Origin: Octopus bimaculoides
Lineage: Eukaryota
NCBI RefSeq assembly: GCF_001194135.2
Contig: NC_068990.1
Span: forward strand, 29,095,453 to 29,141,171
DNA length: 45,719 bases
Direction of reading: 5' to 3'
The notes below the pieces were generated by a model. The model did not search any database. It was given only the letters and a program-made list of their open reading frames with translations, and was not told the origin of the DNA. How positions within the stretch are numbered: the stretch's first letter is position 1; each line of letters begins with the position of its first letter. The position numbers and the translations under genes are program-made. Below, piece by piece: positions 24,001-36,369 of the stretch.

Positions 24001-24115
24001 AGTCGATTATAGCGTCAGTGCTTGAATGGCATATGATTTCAAATCCCAAAGACCAAGAAGAAATGTCGCTAAGCATTTTGCCCGACACGCTAAGTTTCTG
24101 ACAGCCTACCGCCTT
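24001..24115 (-). mobile_element. SINE family A, decayed and deleted copy
   Basis: Reverse strand AAGGCGGTAGGCTGTCAGAAACTTAGCGTGTCGGGCAAAATGCTTAGCGACATTTC. Confidence 0.7.
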
Positions 24116-24156
24116 CATTTTATATATTATCTTTTATATATATATATCTATACTGA

Positions 24157-24350
24157 CTCTTTTACTTGTTTCAGTCATTTGACTGGGGCTATGCTGAAGC
24201 ACTGCCTTTAGTCGAGCAAATCGACCCCAGGACTTAATCTTTGTAAGCCTAGTACTTATTCTATCGCTCTCTTTGCCGAACCACTAAGTTACGTGGACGT
24301 AAACACACTACTATCGTTTGTCAAGTGATGTTGGGGGGACATGCACAGAC
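24157..24350 (-). mobile_element. SINE family B short-tail module
   Basis: Reverse complement of 42805-42995 (CTTTTACTTGTTTCAGTCATTTGACTG...TAGTCGAGCAAATCGACCCCAGGAC...GTACTTATTCTATCG). Confidence 0.9.
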
Positions 24351-24374
24351 ATACAAACATGTACACACACATAG

Positions 24375-24458
<84 letters not shown>

Positions 24459-24529
24459 AGAGAGACATAGATGGATAGATATAGATAGATAGATAGATAG
24501 ATAGATAGACAGATAGATAGATAGATAGA

Positions 24530-24770
24530 TATCACAATACCACGGTAACGACCAGCCCATCAGAGATTGTTATACATCGCCAGTCACAATGCACTTACAA
24601 TTCTGTCTTGCACCATTCTTTTCCATCTTAACCCAAATTTTTAGACTAAATCCTCTTCCCATCATTGTGGAGGTCTTCCAACTGGCCTTTTCCAATCCCT
24701 TGCATACCACTCTGCAACTGTATGGCTCCACCTTGTTCTCTGTGAACCTTGCGACATGTCCAGATCAATG
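24530..24770 (-). mobile_element. RTE-clade LINE 3' fragment
   Basis: Reverse strand, across frameshifts: SGHVARFT...AEWYARDWKRPVGRPPQ*WEEDLV...WKRMVQDR, matching the RTE motif WAGHV.R...W.PR..KR..GRP..RW.D...A.DR. Confidence 0.78.
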
Positions 24771-25054
24771 AAATATGTATTTTTGGTATTCCGCGATAAC
24801 TTCGTTTATTCCGTTCCGTTTTTGAATTATCTCTCTCATTATATATTATGTTATGTTTTATCGCAATGTAATATAATGTACATATAACATTAATAATGTT
24901 TATAAAAATATGGAACCGCTTTAGCTGTAATATTTTGTCTCAGAAAAAATTTCTCAAAGATACAGGTGTGCTTCTTAGCGCACCTATTATTTAATCGCAT
25001 GTTCTTTCAAGAGTTTATCCCCATTCATATGATATTAATATAGAATAGTAAATG

Positions 25055-25136
<82 letters not shown>

Positions 25137-25180
25137 GAAGAAGAAGAAAAAGAAGGGGGTGGAGGAGGACGAGGAGGATA
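25055..25180. repeat. (AAT)n-(AAG)n-(GAG)n compound microsatellite, followed by decayed (AAC)n-derived sequence to ~25560
   Basis: Directly visible. Confidence 0.9.
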
Positions 25181-26077
25181 CGTATCGTACAATATTGTCA
25201 ACAACATAATAGATGACAATATTAACTGGGGCGTATACACACATAAAAATATCGACAACAGCATTACATAATAATGATTTCTTTTATGATTACATAATAA
25301 TAACAAAAATGCTAACATCAAACACATTGGAACGATATCAACAACATGACAACAACAACAACGACAAATATGTATTGACAACAATAACAAATGCGTGAGA
25401 AACATTAACAGGAACAACGATATAACATCAGAAAAAGTGTGAGGCGTTGACATCAAAAACCAACATAAACAACATCGATAAATACACAACGACAAATCAC
25501 AACTACAACAACCCAAATAACGTAGGACAATCTGAGAAAAGATAAACTGCAACAAATAGTAAAAAATTGAAGGAAAAGAAGGAGCGAGAAAATCGAAAAT
25601 GAATCTATATGAAAGATGGGGAAAAAAGAAAAATAAGGGAGAAATCCTATCTCGTTCCAAGAATTATATGCCTGATATTACATAATATAATTTTAGTTTT
25701 CTAAAGACGAAGCAACGCAGAGCTATAGAAATCTTTAAAATAAAGAAATAAAATATATAATACGATATAAACAGAAGTCTTTAACATGAAACTAAATTCC
25801 TAGATGAAGGGAAAAATAGATCTTAAGCGATGTTGCTGAACAAGGCTAAACTGAAAAGAGCGCTGCTATATATAATTCCTGTGAAGATTGACTGATAGAA
25901 AATGGCGTGTGTCCAGAATCAATGAGATGCTATTAGGGAACGAAAAGTGACACATCTTTTCGTTCTTGAAATAGTTTGTTTCACACCTCCAGCTTGTGTA
26001 TATATAAGCGTACTAGCAGTTTGTTGTGTGTAGAGAGAGATTTGGATGTGAGTGATCAAGGGAAATGCTGTGTGTGA

Positions 26078-26116
<39 letters not shown>

Positions 26117-26203
26117 CACACACACACACACACACGTAACTCCTGTTCATTTGTCATTTATCAATTCATATGCAAACATATGTATGTATATATACATACA
26201 TAC

Positions 26204-26245
<42 letters not shown>

Positions 26246-27284
26246 NNNNNNNNNNNNNNNNNNNNNNNNNNNNNNNNNNNNNNNNNNNNNNNNNNNNNNN
26301 NNNNNNNNNNNNNNNNNNNNNNNNNNNNNNNNNNNNNNNNNNNNNNNNNNNNNNNNNNNNNNNNNNNNNNNNNNNNNNNNNNNNNNNNNNNNNNNNNNNN
26401 NNNNNNNNNNNNNNNNNNNNNNNNNNNNNNNNNNNNNNNNNNNNNNNNNNNNNNNNNNNNNNNNNNNNNNNNNNNNNNNNNNNNNNNNNNNNNNNNNNNN
26501 NNNNNNNNNNNNNNNNNNNNNNNNNNNNNNNNNNNNNNNNNNNNNNNNNNNNNNNNNNNNNNNNNNNNNNNNNNNNNNNNNNNNNNNNNNNNNNNNNNNN
26601 NNNNNNNNNNNNNNNNNNNNNNNNNNNNNNNNNNNNNNNNNNNNNNNNNNNNNNNNNNNNNNNNNNNNNNNNNNNNNNNNNNNNNNNNNNNNNNNNNNNN
26701 NNNNNNNNNNNNNNNNNNNNNNNNNNNNNNNNNNNNNNNNNNNNNNNNNNNNNNNNNNNNNNNNNNNNNNNNNNNNNNNNNNNNNNNNNNNNNNNNNNNN
26801 NNNNNNNNNNNNNNNNNNNNNNNNNNNNNNNNNNNNNNNNNNNNNNNNNNNNNNNNNNNNNNNNNNNNNNNNNNNNNNNNNNNNNNNNNNNNNNNNNNNN
26901 NNNNNNNNNNNNNNNNNNNNNNNNNNNNNNNNNNNNNNNNNNNNNNNNNNNNNNNNNNNNNNNNNNNNNNNNNNNNNNNNNNNNNNNNNNNNNNNNNNNN
27001 NNNNNNNNNNNNNNNNNNNNNNNNNNNNNNNNNNNNNNNNNNNNNNNNNNNNNNNNNNNNNNNNNNNNNNNNNNNNNNNNNNNNNNNNNGTGTGTGTTTG
27101 TGTGTGTGTGTGTGTATGTATGTAGCAAAAATATCACAAAACTGTTACTCAGAGTTTCGCGTTCCCGTTCGTCGGACAGTTTTGTTTTCAATAAAGGATA
27201 TTAGTCTACCTCTGGTATTCGAGTATTATTTTTTCCACCTCGTTTCGCATTTATGTGCTTACTCTGGTATATATATGTGAGTAT

Positions 27285-27334
<50 letters not shown>

Positions 27335-27774
27335 GTATATATACTAATTCCCAACGCTTGTTATGCGCATGTATACTCGTGTATGCGCGCAAATACGCAT
27401 GTATGTGTGCGCGTACACTGATATGCATGCATACATGCATGCATGCGTATATACATATGGTGTAAGACATTCAGATGGGAATACAGAATTGAATCGATGT
27501 CGCTACCAAACTAATAACATCATGTGACCAGCGTTAACCAAAACTTGTAGGATCGAATTTATAAATATTTAATACATTGCTACGCGCGTTTCCACAAATC
27601 ACATGGTCTGGCCGCTTTCAGTTTCTACGGGCCTGAGGAGACAGGCTTGTCAAACGAGTCTAGGAAACTTGAATTTTCATGCACCCTAGTCAAATTATTA
27701 TTAAATTACATATAAATATATATAATATGGGTGTGTGTGTGTGTATGAGTGTGTGTGTGTGTGTGTGTGTGTGT

Positions 27775-28040
27775 GTTAATATGACCATTAAAATTCAAGC
27801 CAATAAATATATCACCATTAACAATGCGAACATTAATATCCCTTAAAGAATATATATACCGTTAAAATATCAACCATTAGCGATATCAGCCATTATTCAC
27901 AGCAGTATCAACTATTAAAATTATATATCCCATTAAAATACATAAACAATTAAAATTACCAACTATGAACAATATCAACCATTAATGATACTGATCCGTT
28001 AGCAAATCAAACCGTTAAAAATGCAAATAATCATTAAATA
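27775..28040. repeat. Highly degenerate minisatellite, ~15-20-bp unit around AATATCAACCATTAA
   Basis: Roughly a dozen recurrences of (A)CC(A/G)TTA or variants at near-regular spacing. Confidence 0.6.
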
Positions 28041-28194
28041 GCTTCGAATAGCAATACCACGTTTAAGCAGTAAAATAACAATGCAATAATTATAAATACC
28101 ACCTTGCCTTGAATTCTTTCTTCTGCCTCAACACATGTTATTCCAATTGTTGCTGCCAACCGTGTACTTCATATAAAATGAGAATTTACAAAAA

Positions 28195-28357
28195 CAAGAA
28201 ATGACGAAGACGGGTGTGTAAACAACAAATAGATGTATTAGTTTAATGCTCGGGAAGTGAGAAAGTCTTTTATGTTTCGAGCCTACGCTCTTCGACAGAA
28301 AGGAACACAGAAATAAGCAGAGAGAGAAAATAAAAAAAAGATTCAGTGGCTAGCGAT
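28195..28357 (-). mobile_element. Penelope-like terminal-repeat-type sequence containing a minimal hammerhead-like motif (28267-28302)
   Basis: Reverse strand CTTT-CTGTCGA-A-GAGC-GTAG-GCTC-GAAAC-ATA-AAAG; minimal type I hammerheads are an established feature of Penelope-like element repeats. The element assignment is inference. Confidence 0.5.
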
Positions 28358-28722
28358 AAAGTCTGGTTTGTGCAGCCTTTCGTACCATAATATGACTTCC
28401 TTTGAGATGGTCCCAAGTGAACCGATCACTATAGGTACCAGAATTAGTTTTTGCGGTTCTATGTATGCGCTTCACTTCCAGTGCTAGATCTTGGTACTTC
28501 TCGACTTTCTTGTTCTCTGTCTTCACGTTGTCCTTGTCTGCAGGCACCGCTTCGTCGATTTTGGTCCATACTTTGGACTCTTTCCACAGGAGAGTGATAC
28601 CTGGTCGGTTATGTTGCAGATTCTGTGTAGATTGGTATGTCTCATGTGAGTTTCGCCTGGTCATTCTCTGCTACTGACAAAGGTTGGTGCTCATACTACT
28701 TGGAACATTCTAGCCCATACGG
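28358..28722 (-). mobile_element. Decayed R4/Dong-like LINE, endonuclease-domain 3' fragment
   Basis: YEHQPLSVAENDQAKL...HNRPGITLLWKESKVWTKIDEAVPADKDNVKTENKKVEKYQDLALEVKRIH, then VPIVIGSLGTISK after a frameshift. Confidence 0.85.
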
Positions 28723-28913
28723 AATAAATGCCGGTGAGCATTTTGCTCGGCATGCTAACTGTTCAGCCACCTTGCCACACTTGGCATCTTGAATATTATT
28801 AACCATTAAAAAAAGGCCAGCCACAGACAAGGATAACCGACTGTATTCCACGCAATTTCAGTTACAAAATTATTGGACGTTGCTCGACTGGAATATTTGT
28901 TAAACTACACAGA

Positions 28914-29020
28914 ATGCCACGCATTGAGCAAGATGCCACGCATTGAGCAAGATGCCACGCACTGAGATCGAAACCGAGACGTAATGATATCAAAACTAAC
29001 TTATTAACCATGAGGCTATA
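28914..29020 (-). mobile_element. Truncated SINE head ending in a 19-bp tandem duplication
   Basis: ATGCCACGCATTGAGCAAG at 28914-28932 and 28933-28951 plus a partial third unit; adjacent reverse strand GGTTTCGATCTCAGTGCGTGGCAT resembles the family B B-box/CORE junction. Confidence 0.6.
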
Positions 29021-29349
29021 GATGCATATTTATAACAAAGCCACAAAACAAAACCAAACCGAAAAAATACTAAATGGAAAAAAAAACTAACAACCCTCTC
29101 CTGCAGCAAAGAAACTTTATAATTTCGTTGGCTTCCAGCAATGAAATTAAAGAATCCATTGGCCAATGTTCTTAAAAGAACTAAAGATGAAAGGCAAGAA
29201 ACGAGAAAGGGGAAAACTCGATGCAAAATAGGTGTGTCAATAATATTATCAGCAACAACAAAAAGGAAAGGCAACATCGACGTCAATATCAAAATATTAG
29301 AAAGAGCAACAACAACAAACAATGAATGCCAAATCGAGATGACGTTTTC

Positions 29350-29640
29350 AAAATGTGGCTGTGTGGTAAGACATTCGCTTCCCAACCACACGGTTTCGGG
29401 TTCAGTCGCACTGCTTAGCCACGAGACAATCAAAGTCTTGTGAGTGGAAACTGAACGAAACTCGTCGTACACATACATACACGTATGTGTGTTAGAGAGA
29501 AAGAGAGAGAGAGAGAGAGAAAATGGAGAGAGAGAAAAAGAGAGAGAGAGAGAATGTGTGTGTATATATGAGAGTGTATCTTTGTGTTTGTGTTTGTCCA
29601 CCACCGCTTGATTGACAACCGGTGAATTTACCTGTGAATT
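29350..29640 (+). mobile_element. SINE family B, deleted copy with internal (GA)n
   Basis: GTGGCTGTGTGGTAAG...GGGTTCAGTCGCACTGC...CAAAGTCTTGTGAGTGGAAACTGAACGAAAC...(GA)n...TGTTTGTCCACCACCGCTTGA..GACAACCG. Confidence 0.8.
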
Positions 29641-29752
29641 TGCGTGTGTAAACTGGGAATGCATACAAGGAGCATCTCTGCCCTAGGTGTACGGAAAACA
29701 CTCAGCGAGAAATGGAAGAAAATTTGAAGAAAGAAGAAAAAAAAACAAAAAC

Positions 29753-29796
<44 letters not shown>

Positions 29797-31003
29797 CCTT
29801 TCTACTGTTGGCACAATGCCTGAAATTGTCACATTGCTCTTCTTCCTAATGCTAGAAAATGTATTTCAAGAATCTATATTAATAGCAATATTTCGGCGAT
29901 GCTTGGCCCCTCACCACATACGTTTGTGAATTTTGTAAGAGTTATCTTCCATTTCTTCTTAATGTACACTCTGTTGCGTTGTAGTTTGAAAGTAGTAAAC
30001 AGCACACAACAGTAAGTNNNNNNNNNNNNNNNNNNNNNNNNNNNNNNNNNNNNNNNNNNNNNNNNNNNNNNNNNNNNNNNNNNNNNNAATAAATAAATAA
30101 ATATCTTTCTGAAATATAAAGATTGAATTTTTGAAAAGAAAAAAGAAAAATTCAATTAATTAATTTAAAAAAGTACATTTTGATCTCATAAATTATGCAT
30201 GAAAATATATTTGTATGAATGAATATTATCAAAGTTTATATTTTGTTTCACATTGTATTTTATTTATATTTAAATTTAGTATTTTTTTGCCAAATAATAA
30301 TGAAAAATATACATATACATACATATAGATACATATGTGTGTACGTGTGCGTGTCTGTTTTTGTGTAAATATATGTATATTGTATAATATATACATGTAT
30401 TTTAAAACATAGATATGGTATGTGTGTTTGACTGTATGCATATTTAGGTGCTTGTAAGTGTGTCTTTGTTTTATGGTCTCCTATTCTTTGGAATTCTTTG
30501 AATTATTTCTATGCGAGAAACAAAAGTGTATCGCTTGAATTCAGACAAAATTAATAAAGCCTTTACTAGCTCCAGTTTCTGAAAACTCTTATTTTCAATG
30601 GTCCACCTTCAGATTAAGTTTTCTAAACACCAAACCGTCGCTAATAAAAGAAATCATTATTCAAGCAATTATTTACGTTTTTATGTGTGTACGTAATCAT
30701 ACTTGTACGTATTTATAATTATATTTGTTTTCTATTTTAATTCTGATAATTCTTCCTGTAGAAAAGGGATTTTTAACCAAGAAATAAATCCCTATCGCTG
30801 AAAATTTCATTCCTTCAACAATAAGAGTGATGTGATGAATTTTAGAAAAAGCTTGCATATTCTTCTTACAGATTGAATTTTCAAAGTGTTTCTTTATGTT
30901 TTTTTTTTTCGGTAAAATCCACAGCTTTGATGGATTAGCATTTCAACATATTGTCACTTAACCAGGTACGCCATGTTTGTACGTATGCATTATTTAGAGG
31001 CAG

Positions 31004-31209
31004 AAAGCGGCGAGCTGGAAGAACCGTAGGCACGCCGGGACAAAATCTTAGCGGCATTTCGTCTGTCTTTACGTTTAAATTCTGCCGAGGTTAACTTTAC
31101 CTTCCATCATTTTGGGGTCGATGAAATAGTACCAGTTACGTACTGAGGTCAATATAATGGACTATTCCCAACCCGAAAATTTCAGGCTTTGTGGTTTAGT
31201 AGAAAGGAA
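31004..31209 (+). mobile_element. SINE family A with probable 8-bp target-site duplication
   Basis: AAAGCGGCGAGCTGG...AGTAGAAAGGAA; TATTTAGA at 30991-30998 and 31210-31217. Confidence 0.85.
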
Positions 31210-31479
31210 TATTTAGAAACCGTTATCCTAATTGTTATGTATTTGCCAAAGACATGACTTGATCTAACATCGTATTTTGAAGTTAAAACAATTACAGAAA
31301 CATGCTATCCGTTAAAGAGCAAACAAAATTTGGTAATTTCAGTTAATAATTTATCATTTAGTGTCAAACTTTTCGCGGCATCAACTGACGATAATTATCT
31401 TCCACACTGTTGTTGTTTTAATTGACGGGTAAGCAAATGACCAGATTTTCCAAATATATGACCTTTCTAGCCGTCTCAA

Positions 31480-31720
31480 ACAGACCACTTGTGTTTCCCA
31501 TCGCCTAACGGTTTCATGGATATTCTCAGCCAATATTTATGTTGAAAAATATAAACCTACCCCAGCAGAAATATTTTCCAGGAAGATCCAGACCCAACAA
31601 AGTCAGAAATGCAGAGCTGTGACCTATGTGCAATAGACAAAAGGAAAAGATGCTGAGATCCCTTCATACATCATACCAGTTTAAACGAAAGAACAGAAAT
31701 TTTGAGAAGTGTTAACACTT
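31480..31720 (+). mobile_element. Possible Penelope-like element C-terminal remnant
   Basis: One frame with stops: ILSQYLC*KI*...QSCDLCAIDKRKRC*DPFIHHTSLNERTEIL, resembling the LS.YIW.LK...C.LC..EK...LN.R.E pattern I recall following the GIY-YIG domain of Neptune/Naiad-type elements. Confidence 0.4.
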
Positions 31721-31850
31721 TGAAAACACCAACTGCGCTATTCAGAAACACTACGTTCAGACAACTAAAGTCACGTGTATACCAGGGCATCTGATACTGC
31801 GCGCTTAAACATTCACTGCTCTCCAAACATTTCCCCTAGCATATATATAT

Positions 31851-31852
<2 letters not shown>

Positions 31853-31891
<39 letters not shown>

Positions 31892-31935
31892 TGTCTGTCT
31901 GTCTGTCTGTCTTTCAGTCTGCCTGTGTATATGTA

Positions 31936-32025
<90 letters not shown>
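31853..32025. repeat. (TG)n-(TCTG)n-(TA)n-(TG)n compound microsatellite
   Basis: Directly visible. Confidence 0.95.
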
Positions 32026-32027
<2 letters not shown>

Positions 32028-33143
32028 GTATATATATGCATATACATATAACCGTATCTTAATATATATATATATGCATGTACATATAACCATATCTTAA
32101 TATGATACAATGTTATGAATGTTTAATTTATTATATTTCGCTTAGGTTTACCTCAGTATATTAATTTGTTTACATAAGGAGAAAAAATAGTATATAATGA
32201 ATCATTGGATTCTCTCCCTTCCTCCTTCTCTCGTTTTTAGTTTGCCACTTTTTGAACTTTTGATTGTTGGATTTTACTGTGGTCCATTATGCCTTCCTCT
32301 AATTTAAACTTTTAGTATAGCGTTCATAGCCTCTCTCCCTTAATAACTCCCTGTAAACCAGCGTTCTTGTTTCTAACAGCCATTTACTTAGCTATATAAT
32401 GTTATAACTCGCACGTAACCTTAACATTTAGCATAAGTCTTGCTTTTGGTTGTTGGTTCCCTGATCATGAATATATGTGCAATTCCAGCACCTCTTACAT
32501 CTTTGGAGTAGAGTGCACATATATTTTGAAACATATATAGGAATTAAAGGAACTTATTGATTATATGCGTTTTGCTCCATTTATTATTATTATTCACATG
32601 TACATATATATATAATATATATACATATTTCGTATGTGTATTTCGTGTGCAAGATTCTTGATGTGGATACGTGTGTTGAAAGAAATACAATTAAACCTTG
32701 GGAGAGGCATTATGCCGGTAATAAACACACGCACTGGTTCAGTCCTTTATTAATTTATATAGTTTTTTGTTAAATTATTTCATTGCACTCTTGCAATCTC
32801 TTCAGTAACTTGTCTCTCCACTTCCATTTATTTTGAAATAAATGAAAGTGGAGANNNNNNNNNNNNNNNNNNNNNNNNNNNNNNNNNNNNNNNNNNNNNN
32901 NNNNNNNNNNNNNNNNNNNNNNNNNNNNNNNNNNNNNNNNNNNNNNNNNNNNNNNNNNNNNNNNNNNNNNNNNNNNNNNNNNNNNNNNNNNNNNNNNNNN
33001 NNNNNNNNNNNNNNNNNNNNNNNNNNNNNNNNNNNNNNNNNNNNNNNNNNNNNNNNNNNNNNNNNNNNNNNNNNNNNNNNNNNNNNNNNNNNNNNNNNNN
33101 NNNNNNNNNNNNNNNTATATATATATATATAACATATATATGC

Positions 33144-33181
<38 letters not shown>

Positions 33182-34849
33182 TGCATATATTTTAAATTGT
33201 TCACTACGTAATTTTGTAGTTGTTATTGAAATTGTCTTTCAGTTATTCATGTCATATATGACAGTTGTTCACTCCATAATTTTGTATTTATTTACTGAAT
33301 ATCTTTACATTCGTTGACTGTATAGTTTCGTATTTTTTACCGATTATTTTCAGATTTGTTAATCGTATATTTTTGTAAATATTCTCTGCATATTTGATCT
33401 TCGCTTAAACTGTTTTAACGTTGCTGATACTAAGACAATTACATCCAAACTCTTTCTCGTTTATCATCCGTTTGCAGCACACGAACTGTTTAATTTTTAA
33501 ACAATTCCCCTCTTTGTCTTTCTCGCTCTATTTCTCTTTCTTCCTCTCTTTCTACAACAGTATATATACAATTGCGCATACGTATTGCTTCAATCGTTGA
33601 CATATTTTTTTCAGGAAGGTCACGAGTATGCTACTGGTGAATATCTCAAATAAGCTTAATCACCTGTTATTTTCCTCAATACATACTGTTCAAAAAAATA
33701 ACTTTATAGTCAGCATATAATTTCGTTGATATATTTTTTTCACTGCATATTTAATCTCACTTCGCCATGTTTAATCGCCAAACATTAAAAGATTCTTTCA
33801 CCTACTGTCATTTATCATGTATAAAGGCACCTGAGAATTGGTTAGGTTTTGAATTGTATTCTTTCTTTCTCTCAATCTCCCTCTTGCCAACCTCACACAC
33901 ATGCGAACGTACATATACATACAAAATGAGAGACATGTACACACATATATAAACGTACATACACCTATGTCTGTGCAAGTGTGCGCGTGTTCCATGTGTT
34001 TATATAATATATAGATGACATATAGATAGACAAACATAGTGAGTGACAGATATGAATATATATCCAGGCAAATATACATATCTACATAATTTATATTAAT
34101 CCACACATACATGTCGATTTATCGATATTTTTTTGTCTTTCTCTCCCTCTTTGTCTTTTTCTTTCCTGTCGCGCTCTCTGTCGTTCTCTATCACCCACTA
34201 CATTCTCTGCATATGAGTGTACGTATATATATATATATATATATATATATNNNNNNNNNNNNNNNNNNNNNNNNNNNNNNNNNNNNNNNNNNNNNNNNNN
34301 NNNNNNNNNNNNNNNNNNNNNNNNNNNNNNNNNNNNNNNNNNNNNNNNNNNNNNNNNNNNNNNNNNNNNNNNNNNNNNNNNNNNNNNNNNNNNNNNNNNN
34401 NNNNNNNNNNNNNNNNNNNNNNNNNNNNNNNNNNNNNNNNNNNNNNNNNNNNNNNNNNNNNNNNNNNNNNNNNNNNNNNNNNNNNNNNNNNNNNNNNNNN
34501 NNNNNNNNNNNNNNNNNNNNNNNNNNNNNNNNNNNNNNNNNNNNNNNNNNNNNNNNNNNNNNNNNNNNNNNNNNNNNNNNNNNNNNNNNNNNNNNNNNNN
34601 NNNNNNNNNNNNNNNNNNNNNNNNNNNNNNNNNNNNNNNNNNNNNNNNNNNNNNNNNNNNNNNNNNNNNNNNNNNNNNNNNNNNNNNNNNNNNNNNNNNN
34701 NNNNNNNNNNNNNNNNNNNNNNNNNNNNNNNNNNNNNNNNNNNNNNNNNNNNNNNNNNNNNNNNGCTTGTTTTAATTTTTCAAGTATTAAAAGAAATGTT
34801 TCGCTTAATTAATTCTCATTTATCATATACTGCGTTGCTACAGTATCTC

Positions 34850-34905
<56 letters not shown>
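34850..34905. repeat. (CT)n microsatellite
   Basis: Directly visible. Confidence 0.95.
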
Positions 34906-34910
<5 letters not shown>

Positions 34911-35749
34911 TCATTCTATGCGTATGTGTCTGTACGTGTGTGCATATGTATTTGTGCCTCTGTGTGTGTGTGTCTGTGTTTCTGTGTGTGTATGTGTGCG
35001 TACGTTTCCGTTATTTTCTCTGTAGTTTCGAGCTAACCGTTCTCTATCCACAATTGCACATTCGTAAACAAATTCGCAATTACAACGAGATTATATTTCC
35101 ACTGAAGAAGACACATAAGGCTGGAAGGTCTACACTTATCATTCATACATACAAATCATAACACAAGCTTTTCTTTCTGTTTTGTTCTTTTTTAAACTTT
35201 TCTTTTGCTCACTGTATATTTGATAAAATTTTAGCTTCGTTAATGTCCTGTACACTAAATAATAATCTAGCCTACTTAATAATAACTATATTTTAATCAA
35301 TTATCAGCGAATTAGGTAAACCGCTTGCCTTGATCGGTGATTTAAAATAAGGTGTTGGACACTCTCGTAACTTCGACAAACGAGAGCTCTACAAGACACG
35401 GCTGTAAACGACCATCATCTTATGACCGCTTATGTGCAGGACAAAAGCTAAAGACTTCCCGTAACTTCATCAACCCGTCTCCGTTGCTTCCTTTTCTATC
35501 GCCACTGGACTTATGATGGAGTTGGTGCTGATGTTGGCGTTAGTGTTGGTCCTGATGTCATTGTTCGCTGAACAACCTGCAAAAGGAATATTATTATAAC
35601 GAGAGTGGTTTGTGTAGAGCCGGTCCCAGCCTCTTGTATTAGTCAACATATTTTATACTCATGCTGAAGATTTCAAAGTCAAACATATTTATCCCCCTTG
35701 ATTGCCGATCGATGTTTCTTTTTTCTTTGTTTGTTTTTTGTTTGTTTGT

Positions 35750-36070
35750 TTTTTAGAATGCATTCCCTCGGTTACAATGACGACGTCTCCTACTGATCCG
35801 ATCAACGGAACAGCCTGTTCGTGAAATTAACGTGTAAATGGCTGAGCACTACACAAACACGTGTACATTCAACGTAGTTCTCAGGGAGATTTAGCGTGAT
35901 ACAGAATGTGACAAGGGTTGCCCTTTGAATTACAGGTACAACTCATTTTGCCAGATGAGTGAACTTGAACAACGTGAAATAAAGTATATTGCTCGTGAAC
36001 AGAGGTATCGAACTCACAACCTTACGATCATGCGACGAATATGCTAACTACTAGGCCACGTTCCTTCACT
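35750..36070 (-). mobile_element. SINE family C, long-tail variant
   Basis: Colinear with 40065-40352 (GCTCGTGAAATTAACG...ACAGAATGTGAC...CCCTTTGAATTACAGGTA...GAACTCAC.ACCTTACGATCAT...CTAGGCCACG). Confidence 0.85.
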
Positions 36071-36116
36071 TAAGTGTCCAGAACAAGGCGAGAAGCCACT
36101 TATTATAAGAGACTGT

Positions 36117-36332
36117 AAGGCGGCGAGCTGGCAGAAATTTTAGCACGCTGAACGAAATGCTGAGCGGTATTTCGCCCGTCGCTACGTTCTGAGTTCAAAT
36201 TCTGCCGAGGTCGACTTTGCCTTTCATCCTTTCGGGGTCGATAAAATAAGTACCAGTTGAACGTTGGGGTCTGTGTAATCGACTTATCTCCTCCCCAAAA
36301 ATGCTGCCCTTGTGGCAAAATTTGAAACCATT
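36117..36332 (+). mobile_element. SINE family A, full length, best-preserved copy, probable target-site duplication
   Basis: AAGGCGGCGAGCTGGCAGAA...GAGTTCAAATTCTGCCGAGGTCGACTTTGCCTTTCATCCTTTCGGGGTCGATAAAATAAGTACCAG...; ATTATAAGAGAC (36102-36113) versus ATTATAAGGGAC (36330-36341). Confidence 0.92.
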
Positions 36333-36369
36333 ATAAGGGACCGTGAGGAAGGAGAAATTAAGACGAAAG

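Noticed and set aside
30570-30612. Second hammerhead-like motif on the minus strand (CTGAAGG...TGAAAA-TAAGAG-TTTTCA-GAAAC)
   Set aside because: Core has G in place of A9 and 8 extra nucleotides before stem II; no cleavage triplet or stem III can be drawn.
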